DNA of 64,000 nt from an uncultured Porphyromonadaceae bacterium (GCA_937969265.1 CALBWF010000043.1:830-64829), one strand, 5' to 3'; shown: positions 25,626 to 34,987, counted from the first letter of the stretch. The notes: generated by a model not told the origin, from the sequence alone. Numbers and translations: made by a program.

Positions 25626-28600
25626 TTAAAATGGCCAGAGGAAGCGGCCGAGGTTGTCGAAGTCGCGGCGGAAGATGATGCCGACTCCCTGCGTGGTCGG
25701 GGAGGTGCGGAGATAGTAGTTCTGGTCGTTATAACGGTTGTAGGCCTTCAGGCGCAGGTTGCCTGAGCGGTTCAGCAGGTATTCGAGGTCGAAATCCCCT
25801 ACGAACTGCGAGGTGTTGAGTGTCTTGTCGCGGTAGCCGAAGTTGCCGTTGAAGAGCAGCCGGTTGTTGAGGAGGCGGGAGGATAGCGCCAGGTCGACCT
25901 CCACGTCGGAAAAGTCGCCGCGGTCGGAGCGGAACGAGGGCGCGATGTTCCAGTTGTCGGAAATCTGGCCCAGCAGCGAGCTGAGCTGCGAGGATATTGT
26001 CGACGAAGCGACCGATACCAGCTCGTTCCCCTTGGTGGTGGAAGCCATATAGTCGGGGGTATAGAAGCGGTTGAGCGCCAGCAGGTAGATAATCTGGCGG
26101 TTCATCATGTCGTCGGTCGACACGATCGACCTCACCTTGCGATAGACGTCGGAGGTGAGCGTCGGGAACTCCAGGTCGAAGGTGACGTCGGGTTGCCGCA
26201 TGTCGCCGGTGACGTTCATAAGGGCGTTGACCGGCACGGAGGTGCGGTTTAGGTCCTTGTCTTCAAGGAACGATTCGTCGAGGTCGGAAAGGTTGGCGTT
26301 TAGCTGGTAGGCGGCCTTTATGTCGAGCTGCGCCGAGTAGGGGTCCCCCTGGAAGGAGATCTTGCTCCCCTGCTTGATGGTGAAGTCCTTTATTATTATG
26401 TTCTGGAGGGTAAAGTTGTAGTCCCCCCGGTCGAGGGTATAGGTGCCGTACATCTTGAGGTCGTTGTTGGCCGAACCGTAGTCGAACTGGAGCTGGCCGG
26501 AGCCGCGGGCGCGTATGCGGTCACCCCCGACGGGGTCCATCACCAGCACGAGCTGTGCCTGGGGAGTGACGTTCATAACAAGCGAGATGTTGTAGTCCGA
26601 CGTGCTTGCCGAATCGGCGGCGATTTTGCGCCGGAGGCTGTTCACAAGCTCCATCTGCTGGTCGCGGCGGACGATGAGGGTGTCGGTTTCCGAGGCCCGC
26701 GGGGTGCGGTCGCGGAAGGTGAGGAAGGAGTATTCTTCGGCGACCTGCCGGTCGGAGAGCACGAAGGTGAAGGTCGTGTTGGAGGCGGTAGTCATATCGA
26801 CCTTGATGTTGACGATGCCCGGCTCGCCGTTGATTGACGCGGAACCGTTGCCGAACACGCGCCCGTACCATACCGGGCTTCGGGCTGCCGTCTCGTCGTA
26901 GCATAGGAAGTCGCGGGCCTTTGTGATCGCGAAGTTGAAGGTCGGCTCCTTGAAGAATTTGTGGCGCACCCAGCCGTCGAGTTTCGCGGTGTGTCCTCTC
27001 GCATCCTTGATTGTTATCCCGTTGAGGTCGATGAGGCCGGGGCGGAAGTGGACGGAGTCGGAGGTAGAGTAGACGGTGTTGGTGAAGTTGACCCTCATTT
27101 TCAGGTCGCGGGCCTTCACGTCCCCCTCCAGGTCGATGTATTTGAAGTTGCCCCAGAGGCGCGCGCGCCCCGAAGCCTCGCCGGTAATGTCGGAGGCGAA
27201 GGCGGCCATGTAGGGCTGCATGAATTTTACCGGGATGCGGTCGGCCAGGAACGTGAGGTCGAGTGAGTCGGCCATCGGGAAGATTCCGCCGTGGACCTCC
27301 GACAGGCGGTCGTCGCGGGTTATGGAGGCATCGATGGTGACGGCGTTCCGTTCCGTGTCCCACCGCGAACGCACCATCGCGTCGCCGAACACCGCCTTGT
27401 TGTAGCTTATGTCCTTGACGCTCAGGCCGGGGGTGAGCAGGGCCGGGCGCTTGGTGTACAGGCCGGAAGCGTGAAAGGTGCCGGTAGCGGAGCCGCCGAG
27501 GGCCACGTTGTCTATTCCGAGCGTCTCGAAGAGGTAGTCGAGGCTGAAGTCGCGCACGTCGACCGTCAGCGCCGAGAGGGGGTCGTCGCTGACTTCGCCG
27601 TCGATTTTCACGAACTGGCGCCCGTGGTGTACGTTAATCCCGTCGACCCGCACGGTGCGGCCGTCAAGGGTTACCGCCGCCGGATTTACCGTCCAGGTGG
27701 AGTCGTTGAATGTCAGCGCGCTGCGGTGGATGTCGAACACGGCCCGCAGCCTGTCGTGGCCCGGGGATCCGTCGGTGGGGGCGCCTGTGCGCGAAAGGGT
27801 TGTCGAAAGGCCGATCGCGCCTTCGTAGGCGTTGCGGCGGTCGATATGCCAGGAGAGGTCGGTCCGCACCTTGTCGGGGATGCCGTTGCTGTCGAGGCGC
27901 AGGGTCATCGGGCCGTTTTTCGTGGGCATCGTTGTCGCGAGGTTGAGGCTGTTGGTGCCCGCTGTGCCTGACATGCGGAATGTTACCGACGAGTTCTCGA
28001 CTAATTTGTTACCCTGGCGGAGGTACGGGGCATCGACTGCCAGGGAGCCTTCCCTCGCCTCCGAGTCGAACTCCCCGGTGATTGTCGCGGGATAAATCAC
28101 GCTTACCGGGAGTTTCACCAGCCCCGCGAGTTCTTCTGTCGATTTTATCTCGAGTTTCAGCTTGAAGGCGTTCCGGGTAGCGAAGGGGTCGGAGCCAGTC
28201 GGCGTTTCGGGAATGAGGGATGGTAGCGACGCGGCGAGAACGCTCTTCATCTGCGCCGGGAGTGTCTTGAAATCGAAGTCGCCGCGCAGCGAGCCGTTCA
28301 GATAGTCCGAGAGGATAACCGCCTCGACGCTCCCGTCGGCCGCGTTACGGCAGGTCAGGGTGAAGTCCTTCATGAGGAACGGCTCCCCGTCGGCCGGGGA
28401 GAAGGAGAGGTTCCCGATCCGGGCATGCCCCTCGGGGTGGTTCCAGTCCTCGCCCCGGAGGTTTACGTCGATATTCCCCGCCAGGAGCGCGCCGGGAAAT
28501 TTCTGCCAGAGGCCGAGGGCCTGCGGATAGCAGCGGGCTATTTCCCCCTTTACGGCGAGCGACCGGGCCTCCCCCTTCGGCGCTCCTGAGTACTTCCCTT

Positions 28601-30128
28601 CAATCCATAGCTGGAGGTCGGGGTCGTCGATTGTAAGATGGCCGGCGGCGTCCTCCCCGTCGAGTGAGGCTTCCGCGGCGAGGTCGTGGTAGGTCTCTCC
28701 CCGGAAATCTACCTGCGGGATGGAGGCTGAAATGCTCCCCGAACCGATTTTACCTTTGGAAATCACGGCGTTGGCGGTTATGTCGCAGTCGATATTCCCC
28801 ATTCCGGAGCGGGGCAGCAGCGCCGCGAGGTTCAGGCGAGAGTCGGTCAGCGCGTGGGCTTCGAGCGAGTACCTGTCGGCTGTCAGCCGTTTCGCGCTCC
28901 CTTCGAGCGAGACGGAGCCTACGGCAGTCGCGACTTCGGCTGTGATGTTCCCGCCCGGAGCGCCCCAGGAGCCGGTCGCGTCAAGCCTGGTGTCGCCGAT
29001 GACGGCGAGCAGCTCACCGGCCTTCGCACCGAGAGGCACGAAGGCTTGTATGACCTCCGCCGCGGAGCTTCCCGAAGTTGTTACCGACAACCGCTCGACT
29101 TCCACCGAGCGCTCCTCCGACGCGAGGCGGCTCCCCTCGGCCGTCAGGCTGACTGCGAGATGGTCCCCGACGGCCATCGCGACGCGGGCCGACGCCCGGT
29201 CGGCGCTCCCGTTGACAGACAGCTCGTCGATTACCGCGGCCATCGGAAGGCGCGAGAACTGCGGCGCGAACGCCATCAGGTCGGGAAGCCAAATGGCGCT
29301 TCCCGGAGATACCGACAGCCGGGCGTTTGCCCCTTTTAGCTGCCCTCCGAGGTCTTTTAGCCCGCGCAGAGGGACGGCGGTCGGTTCAATGCCGATTTTC
29401 GTGTCCGGCAGCTCGACTTCGAGGTGGCTGACGCGCAGCTCCTTACTATTCAGCGAGGCGGTCAGCGCCAGGTTGCGCAGAGAGAAGCCGGAACGCTCGT
29501 CGAATCCCAGACGCTTAACTTCCACTGCGAAATCGTCGTTGCGCACCCGCGGGGCCACAATATCGGCCCGCAGCCCGTTGACCCCGACGTGGTTCTTGTC
29601 AAATCCCGGTTTCGTAGGCTCGGAGAGCACGTCGTAGCTGAACGAGCAGGAACGGAGGATGACCGTAGGGATCCGCAGGGAGAATTTCGTCGGGGGGCGG
29701 TTCTTCTCTTTCGGGCTGAGCGCGTCGATTGTACGCTGGATGTTAAGTTCGCCGTCGGGGGTCTCGCGGTAGAGTTTTCCCTGCAGCCCGCTGATCGCCA
29801 CATAGTTTACCGTCCAGGTGTCGGAACGGAGCGCTCCGATGAGGTCTACTCCCGCTCCGATGCTGCGGGCCGCCAGGGCGGTGTCGCCCGGGGCGGTTTC
29901 CACAGCGACGTTGGTAAGCACCACGCGGTTGAAGGGTATTATGTTGAGCCCTCCGATTGTGACCCTGGCATCGAGGAGCTTCGACAGCTCCCGTTCCGCG
30001 GTATCGGCAACCCGCCGTTGCACCCCGCTAAGCGACAGAGCCACATAAAGCCCTGCCGGCACGACGAACACCAAAACGATGGCCGTCACCAGCAAACTCC
30101 TGAAAACTCTGTATATCCACTTCGACAT
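25626..30128 (-). CDS. tamB: Translocation and assembly module protein TamB (AsmA-like, 1500 aa)
   Basis: N-terminal TM anchor, very long beta-rich body, C-terminal DUF490-like region (LSSRLLNNRLLFNGNFGYR). Size typical of Bacteroidota TamB. Confidence 0.88.
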   Translation of the reverse strand: MSKWIYRVFRSLLVTAIVLVFVVPAGLYVALSLSGVQRRVADTAERELSKLLDARVTIGGLNIIPFNRVVLTNVAVETAPGDTALAARSIGAGVDLIGALRSDTWTVNYVAISGLQGKLYRETPDGELNIQRTIDALSPKEKNRPPTKFSLRIPTVILRSCSFSYDVLSEPTKPGFDKNHVGVNGLRADIVAPRVRNDDFAVEVKRLGFDERSGFSLRNLALTASLNSKELRVSHLEVELPDTKIGIEPTAVPLRGLKDLGGQLKGANARLSVSPGSAIWLPDLMAFAPQFSRLPMAAVIDELSVNGSADRASARVAMAVGDHLAVSLTAEGSRLASEERSVEVERLSVTTSGSSAAEVIQAFVPLGAKAGELLAVIGDTRLDATGSWGAPGGNITAEVATAVGSVSLEGSAKRLTADRYSLEAHALTDSRLNLAALLPRSGMGNIDCDITANAVISKGKIGSGSISASIPQVDFRGETYHDLAAEASLDGEDAAGHLTIDDPDLQLWIEGKYSGAPKGEARSLAVKGEIARCYPQALGLWQKFPGALLAGNIDVNLRGEDWNHPEGHARIGNLSFSPADGEPFLMKDFTLTCRNAADGSVEAVILSDYLNGSLRGDFDFKTLPAQMKSVLAASLPSLIPETPTGSDPFATRNAFKLKLEIKSTEELAGLVKLPVSVIYPATITGEFDSEAREGSLAVDAPYLRQGNKLVENSSVTFRMSGTAGTNSLNLATTMPTKNGPMTLRLDSNGIPDKVRTDLSWHIDRRNAYEGAIGLSTTLSRTGAPTDGSPGHDRLRAVFDIHRSALTFNDSTWTVNPAAVTLDGRTVRVDGINVHHGRQFVKIDGEVSDDPLSALTVDVRDFSLDYLFETLGIDNVALGGSATGTFHASGLYTKRPALLTPGLSVKDISYNKAVFGDAMVRSRWDTERNAVTIDASITRDDRLSEVHGGIFPMADSLDLTFLADRIPVKFMQPYMAAFASDITGEASGRARLWGNFKYIDLEGDVKARDLKMRVNFTNTVYSTSDSVHFRPGLIDLNGITIKDARGHTAKLDGWVRHKFFKEPTFNFAITKARDFLCYDETAARSPVWYGRVFGNGSASINGEPGIVNIKVDMTTASNTTFTFVLSDRQVAEEYSFLTFRDRTPRASETDTLIVRRDQQMELVNSLRRKIAADSASTSDYNISLVMNVTPQAQLVLVMDPVGGDRIRARGSGQLQFDYGSANNDLKMYGTYTLDRGDYNFTLQNIIIKDFTIKQGSKISFQGDPYSAQLDIKAAYQLNANLSDLDESFLEDKDLNRTSVPVNALMNVTGDMRQPDVTFDLEFPTLTSDVYRKVRSIVSTDDMMNRQIIYLLALNRFYTPDYMASTTKGNELVSVASSTISSQLSSLLGQISDNWNIAPSFRSDRGDFSDVEVDLALSSRLLNNRLLFNGNFGYRDKTLNTSQFVGDFDLEYLLNRSGNLRLKAYNRYNDQNYYLRTSPTTQGVGIIFRRDFDNLGRFLWPF

Positions 30129-30156
30129 AGCGGCTCCTTCTCTCTCTGATTCTCTG

Positions 30157-30164
30157 CAAAGTTA
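30157..30164 (-). promoter_or_regulatory. Bacteroidota -7 promoter box TAACTTTG (minus strand)
   Basis: Exact consensus 29 nt upstream of the tamB ATG. Confidence 0.45.
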
Positions 30165-30177
30165 CGCTTTTTTCCCG

Positions 30178-31167
30178 TTATAACGCCGCTCCGCGTACCG
30201 AAAGTGCCAGCTCTCCGGCGGCAATCTCCTCCGCGAGCCGGTTCATCGCAAGGCACGTTTCCCTCGAAACGGTCTGTCGGCGGCAGCTTGTCACGGTTGG
30301 CGAGACAATCAGAAGCCTCCCCTCGGCGCATAGGTCGAAGTCGCGGCCCGAGGGCTTGAACCGCTCCGGGAAGCCGTCAGGCACGATATGGATAACGCTC
30401 GCTCCGGCTTCCAACCCCTTGTCGCGCACGGCTTTCTCCGGTTTGCTGATGAAAGGGGAAACGATAACGCCACGCCCGCGCATAACCTCTTCCCATTCGC
30501 TGTACCGGCGCCGCGTTTCCTCTTCGGAGAATGTGCGGCTGAGCCTTACGGCGCTTGTCAGGCAGTGGCGCAGAAGGAGGAAGTTGCCGAAGGCGTTATA
30601 TTCCTTGCCGTTGATTAGCAGCGTTATGCGCCTATTGAAAAATTCCGGGCGAGTCTGTTTGAGGTAGAGCCTTCGGGGATTGTCGGCGACATAGCGGTTG
30701 AAGTTGTTGAGCTGCCCCTCTTTGTAGACAATGCGGTCGTTGAACCCCTTGGTGAAAACAGAGCCGGATTCCCGCAAAACCGGCAGGTCGGGGAAAGCCT
30801 TCTGTATCTCTTTGTCGCAAAGCTGTTTGAGGGAGCCGACGATGTGGCCGAGGTCGATGTTCGTCTTCTCCTTTACGAAGATTACGAAATGGATATGGTC
30901 CGGCATCACTACGCTGCTGAGAATGTCGGCGAACGGGTAGCGGACATGCAGTGCTGAGACGCGGGAAGCGATGATTTCTCCAACCGGGGTAGGAACAGCC
31001 CTCGCTTCCGCTCCCTGAGGCCCGATATTCCCTTCGATTCTTGAAAAGCGGGGAGCTCCCTTCGCCGCGGTAATGGTAAACATGTATATCCGGCGGCCGT
31101 AATAGTCGTTCCAGGACGCCCGCGCCAGGAAATCCGGATTTTTGCGGCTGAGGTAGGGAGAGGGCAT
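30178..31167 (-). CDS. HUH/Y1 (IS200/IS605 TnpA / RayT-like) transposase-like protein with unassigned C-terminal extension (329 aa), copy Y1b
   Basis: HUH motif PDHIHFVIF and Tyr-helix motif FNRYVADNPRRLY. Collinear with Y1a over its full length (RKNPDFL, KGFNDRIV, LLLRHC, VSPFIS, GFPERFKPSGR, CLAMN). Confidence 0.8.
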   Translation of the reverse strand: MPSPYLSRKNPDFLARASWNDYYGRRIYMFTITAAKGAPRFSRIEGNIGPQGAEARAVPTPVGEIIASRVSALHVRYPFADILSSVVMPDHIHFVIFVKEKTNIDLGHIVGSLKQLCDKEIQKAFPDLPVLRESGSVFTKGFNDRIVYKEGQLNNFNRYVADNPRRLYLKQTRPEFFNRRITLLINGKEYNAFGNFLLLRHCLTSAVRLSRTFSEEETRRRYSEWEEVMRGRGVIVSPFISKPEKAVRDKGLEAGASVIHIVPDGFPERFKPSGRDFDLCAEGRLLIVSPTVTSCRRQTVSRETCLAMNRLAEEIAAGELALSVRGAAL

Positions 31168-31237
31168 TAGAGGAGAAAATTAATGGTTTATAAGGGATTT
31201 TGGGAGATTATCGGAGGGAATTTTTCCGGGGAAGCTT

Positions 31238-31386
31238 GGAAGCCGCTCGCCTTCGGCTCGCTCCACCCGACATTCGGGGACAGGAGTTACGGGAGCCTGG
31301 CGAATAGGCAAGGAAGAGAAAGGGAGAAGGAAGGGGAACAGGCGTATTGGATGTTGGGTGGAGCGAGCCGAAGGCGAGCGGCTTCC
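31238..31386. repeat. Foldback palindrome HP2: 36-bp arms (31238-31273 / 31351-31386, 35/36 paired), 77-nt loop purine-rich on + strand
   Basis: Reverse-complement check done by hand. Shares GCCGCTCGC and GCTCGCTCCACCCGACA with the HP1 arms. Confidence 0.95.
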
Positions 31387-31440
31387 TATTGCCGTGCTTC
31401 CTATTGCCGTGCTTCCTATTGCCGTGCTTCCTATTGTTGT
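31381..31440 (+). repeat. 15-bp tandem repeat GCTTCCTATTGCCGT, 3 perfect copies plus 1 degenerate
   Basis: Read directly. The first unit overlaps the end of the HP2 right arm. Confidence 0.95.
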
Positions 31441-31448
31441 CGGGCTTC

Positions 31449-32381
31449 TCAGATTGCGGAATCGGAGGCGGGGAGGGAGACGCGGCGTTTCCAGCGCTTG
31501 TGGGTCCAGAGCCAGAGGGAGGGGTTGGCGGCGATGTCGGCTTCCAGTAGGCGGGCGTAGGCTTCGGTAAGGGTGTCGACGGTGGTTTCGGCGGCGTCGG
31601 GGGTGACCAGGCGGATCGCGACGCGGTAGTGGCCGCGGGAGGGCTTGGTCATCTGCCAGTAGAGCACGGGGGTGCGCATGCGGGTGGCGACTGTCGCGGT
31701 GCCGGTGATGAATGCGGTCGGATGGTTGAGGAACATCGTTCTGTGGCCCGGGTCGCCGTGGCTCGGTTTCTGGTCGCTCATGAAGCCGGTGATTGTCGCC
31801 TTCCCCTGTTTGCGCAGGCGCAGCAAGTCGAGGAACGCGATTTGCTTGGGGAGCGACTTCGCTCCGAAGCGGGAGCGGAGCCGGAGCATCAGGCGGTCAA
31901 ACCACTGGTTGCGCAGCGGCCTGTAAATCTGGCAGAAAGCGACGCTGTCGCTGTCGCGGAGCGCGCTCCACAGGGGGAAGGATGAGGCCCATTCCCAGTT
32001 GCCCATATGGGAGAAATATGCCACTATCGACTGCCCTTTGCTGAGATATTCGTCGGCGATTTCAACCCCCTCGAACACCATGCGGCGGCGCATCTCCGCG
32101 TCGCTGATATGCAGCAGCTTGACTGTCTCGACGATGTAGTCGGCGAAATTGCGGTAGAAACGGCGCTCGATGCTCCGCAGTTCCTTGGCGCTCTTCTCCG
32201 GGAAGGACTCGGCAAGGTTCTTGCGCACGACCTTGCGGCGGTAGCCCGTAAGGAGAATCAGGAGGAACAGGAGGTCGCTGAAACGGTAAAGCACCCACAG
32301 GGGCATGAGCGCCACGAGGTGTAGCGCGCCCATCGCGGCTCCCTGCCATACGCTGTCGAATATCTCGCGTGGTTTCTTCAT
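31449..32381 (-). CDS. Lipid A biosynthesis (LpxL/HtrB-type) lysophospholipid acyltransferase family protein
   Basis: N-terminal TM segment and acyltransferase HX4(D/E) box FSHMGNWEWAS. 310 aa. Confidence 0.82.
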   Translation of the reverse strand: MKKPREIFDSVWQGAAMGALHLVALMPLWVLYRFSDLLFLLILLTGYRRKVVRKNLAESFPEKSAKELRSIERRFYRNFADYIVETVKLLHISDAEMRRRMVFEGVEIADEYLSKGQSIVAYFSHMGNWEWASSFPLWSALRDSDSVAFCQIYRPLRNQWFDRLMLRLRSRFGAKSLPKQIAFLDLLRLRKQGKATITGFMSDQKPSHGDPGHRTMFLNHPTAFITGTATVATRMRTPVLYWQMTKPSRGHYRVAIRLVTPDAAETTVDTLTEAYARLLEADIAANPSLWLWTHKRWKRRVSLPASDSAI

Positions 32382-32383
32382 CG

Positions 32384-33739
32384 TCAGAAGACTATGCGGC
32401 CGTTAAATTCGGGCTCTCCCCCGCTGCCGGTGACAATCTCCTCCAGCAGGACGGGCACTATGCGGTTGTCGAGTTCCGGGGTGGCTCCGGCGACGTTGAC
32501 TCTCAGGTAGTTGTCGGTGAATCCGGCCATCGGGTGCCCCGGCTTCGAATGTTCGAGGAGCACGGGGCGCGTCTGGCCGAGGAAGCGCCCGGAGAACTCC
32601 CCTAATTTCCGCTCCGACAGGCGCATAAGGGCTGCCACGCGCCGCTGTTTCTCCTCCCGGCTGACCTGGTGGGGGATCTCCAGGGCCTTTGTTCCGGGGC
32701 GTTCGGAGTAGGGGAACACGTGGAGGCGCGTTATGTCGAGCGATTCGACGAACCGCAGGGAGCGCTCAAACTCCTCTTCGGTCTCTCCTCGCGCTCCGGC
32801 GATTATGTCGATTCCGATAAACGCGTGGGGCATCGCGGCGCGTATCCGGGCGATTTTCTCGGCGAAAAGGTCGGTGCCGTAGCGGCGGCGCATCAGCTTC
32901 AACACCGCGTCGGAGCCGCATTGCAACGGGATATGGAAGTGGGGCATGAAGGCCCGCGAGGATGCCACGAAGTCGATTATTTCGTCGGTCAGCAGGTCCG
33001 GCTCTATAGAGGAGATGCGGTAGCGCTCGATGCCAGAGACGCTGTCAAGCGCCATTACCAGCCCTAAGAAGTCTTCACGGTTTTCCGCGGGGAGGCCGTC
33101 GGGACCCCGTTTGCCGAAGTCGCCGATGTTCACGCCGGTAATTACGATTTCGCGCCCACCCTCGGCGGCGGCTTTCTCGGCCTGCCCTACGAGCTGGCTG
33201 ATTGTAGCGGAACGGGAACGCCCGCGGGCCGCGGGGATTGTGCAGTAGGTACACCAGCAGTCGCAACCATCCTGTACCTTAAGGAAATAGCGGGTGCGGT
33301 CGCCCCGGGAGCAGGAGGGGGTGAAGTGGCGTATCTCCTTCGCGGGGATTACCTCCCGGCGCGGGGCGCGGTCGGCCAGCCAGCGGTCGAGGTATTCGAG
33401 AATCAGCCCCTTCCTGTCGTTCCCGGCGACCACGGCGACCCCTTCGAGGGAGGCCGCTTCCTCCGGTTTGAGCTGCGCGTAGCATCCGGTGAGGATAATC
33501 GCGGCTTCGGGGTGGCGGCGGTGGAGCGAGCGGACGGTCTGCCGGCATTTCTTGTCGGCTTCTTCCGTCACGCTGCATGAGTTGATGAGGATTATGTCGG
33601 GGCTTACCCCCTCCCCGGCACGCACGATTCCGCGGGATGCGAACTCGGCGGCGATCGCCGAGGTCTCGGCGAAGTTGAGCTTGCACCCGAAGGTATGGTA
33701 CATGGCTGTCAGCGAGCCGAATGTGGAGTTGTCTGTCAT
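32384..33739 (-). CDS. mtaB: tRNA t6A37 methylthiotransferase MtaB (radical SAM)
   Basis: UPF0004 N-domain FGCKLNFAE, radical-SAM cluster GCDCWCTYC, C-terminal TRAM-like region. Confidence 0.88.
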   Translation of the reverse strand: MTDNSTFGSLTAMYHTFGCKLNFAETSAIAAEFASRGIVRAGEGVSPDIILINSCSVTEEADKKCRQTVRSLHRRHPEAAIILTGCYAQLKPEEAASLEGVAVVAGNDRKGLILEYLDRWLADRAPRREVIPAKEIRHFTPSCSRGDRTRYFLKVQDGCDCWCTYCTIPAARGRSRSATISQLVGQAEKAAAEGGREIVITGVNIGDFGKRGPDGLPAENREDFLGLVMALDSVSGIERYRISSIEPDLLTDEIIDFVASSRAFMPHFHIPLQCGSDAVLKLMRRRYGTDLFAEKIARIRAAMPHAFIGIDIIAGARGETEEEFERSLRFVESLDITRLHVFPYSERPGTKALEIPHQVSREEKQRRVAALMRLSERKLGEFSGRFLGQTRPVLLEHSKPGHPMAGFTDNYLRVNVAGATPELDNRIVPVLLEEIVTGSGGEPEFNGRIVF

Positions 33740-33754
33740 CGGTCCGCGGAGGGT

Positions 33755-34987
33755 TTACTTTGTCTCTGAGATATATGAGTCCTTGAAGCCGAGGAAATAG
33801 AGTACGCCGTCGATGCCGATTGTCGAAATCGACTGCTTGGCGGTGGCCTTTACTTTCGGCTTGGCGTGGAAGGCGATTCCGAGTCCGGCGGCGGAGAGCA
33901 TCGGGAGGTCGTTGGCCCCGTCGCCGACGGCGATTGTCTGCGCGATGTTGACGTTCTCGACCTGCGCGATCAGGCGGAGCAGCTCGGCCTTGCGCTTGCC
34001 GTCGACCACGTCGCCGACATAGCGCCCCGTCAGCTTTCCGTCCTCGATTTCAAGCTCGTTGGCATAAACGTAGTCGAAGCCGTATTTCTGCTTGAGGTAG
34101 TCGCCGAAGAAGGTGAATCCGCCCGACAGAATCGCGGTTTTGAATCCAGCGCGCTTCAGAACCGACATCATGCGCTCTACCCCCTCGGTAACCGGGAGCT
34201 GTTCGGCGATCTCGCGCATCACTGACGCGTCGAGCCCTTTGAGGAGCGCCACGCGCTCGCGGAAACTCTCTATGAAGTCAATCTCGCCGCGCATAGCCCG
34301 CTCGGTAATCGCGGCTACCTGGTCGCCGACCCCGGCGCGGGCTGCGAGCTGGTCGATACATTCGGTCTGGATCAGCGTCGAATCCATATCGAAGCATATC
34401 AGGCGGCGGCAGCGGCGGAACATCGTGTCCTCTTGCAAGGAGACGTCGAACCCTTCGGCGGCCGATATGTCGATAAAGCGGCTCTGCATTTCGGAGCGGT
34501 TGGCCGGGGTGCCGCGCACGGAGAACTCGATGCACGCCTTGGTCTGCGGCAGTGTCCCCTCTCCGAGGGGCTGCCGGCCTGTGAGGCGCTGTATGGCGTC
34601 GATGTTCAGTCCCTGCGTCGCGATTACCTCCGCGACGAGGGAGATATGGCGGGCGGTGAGCTGTCTTCCGAGCAGGGTGATAATCCAGCGGTTCTTCCCC
34701 TGCCGGCCGACCCATTGCTCGTATTCCTCCACCGTGATCGGGGTGAAGCGGATTTTTACCTGTAGGTCGTATGCCTTGAAGAGAAGGTCCTTCATTATGT
34801 CGCCGGAGCGTTCCGGGGTAGTCTGGAAGAGGATTCCGAGCGAGAGGGTGTGGTGGATGTCGGCCTGGCCGATGTCGAGCACCATCGCGTCGTAGCGCGC
34901 CAGTATTTCGGTCAGCGCGGCGGTAACGCCGGGGCGGTCGTGGCCAGATATGTTGATGAGGATAAGTTCCGGATTTTCCATATACAT
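33755..34987 (-). CDS. serB: Phosphoserine phosphatase SerB with N-terminal ACT domains
   Basis: HAD motifs ICFDMDSTLI and GDGANDLPM. Two ACT-like repeats at the N-terminus. Confidence 0.9.
   Translation of the reverse strand: MYMENPELILINISGHDRPGVTAALTEILARYDAMVLDIGQADIHHTLSLGILFQTTPERSGDIMKDLLFKAYDLQVKIRFTPITVEEYEQWVGRQGKNRWIITLLGRQLTARHISLVAEVIATQGLNIDAIQRLTGRQPLGEGTLPQTKACIEFSVRGTPANRSEMQSRFIDISAAEGFDVSLQEDTMFRRCRRLICFDMDSTLIQTECIDQLAARAGVGDQVAAITERAMRGEIDFIESFRERVALLKGLDASVMREIAEQLPVTEGVERMMSVLKRAGFKTAILSGGFTFFGDYLKQKYGFDYVYANELEIEDGKLTGRYVGDVVDGKRKAELLRLIAQVENVNIAQTIAVGDGANDLPMLSAAGLGIAFHAKPKVKATAKQSISTIGIDGVLYFLGFKDSYISETK

Noticed and set aside
31381-31440. CRISPR array hypothesis for the 15-bp tandem repeat and the GTGAANN arrays (39942..39983, 45574..45654)
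   Set aside because: The repeats are contiguous with no unique spacers and the units are far too short (7-15 bp). No cas genes are in the window.
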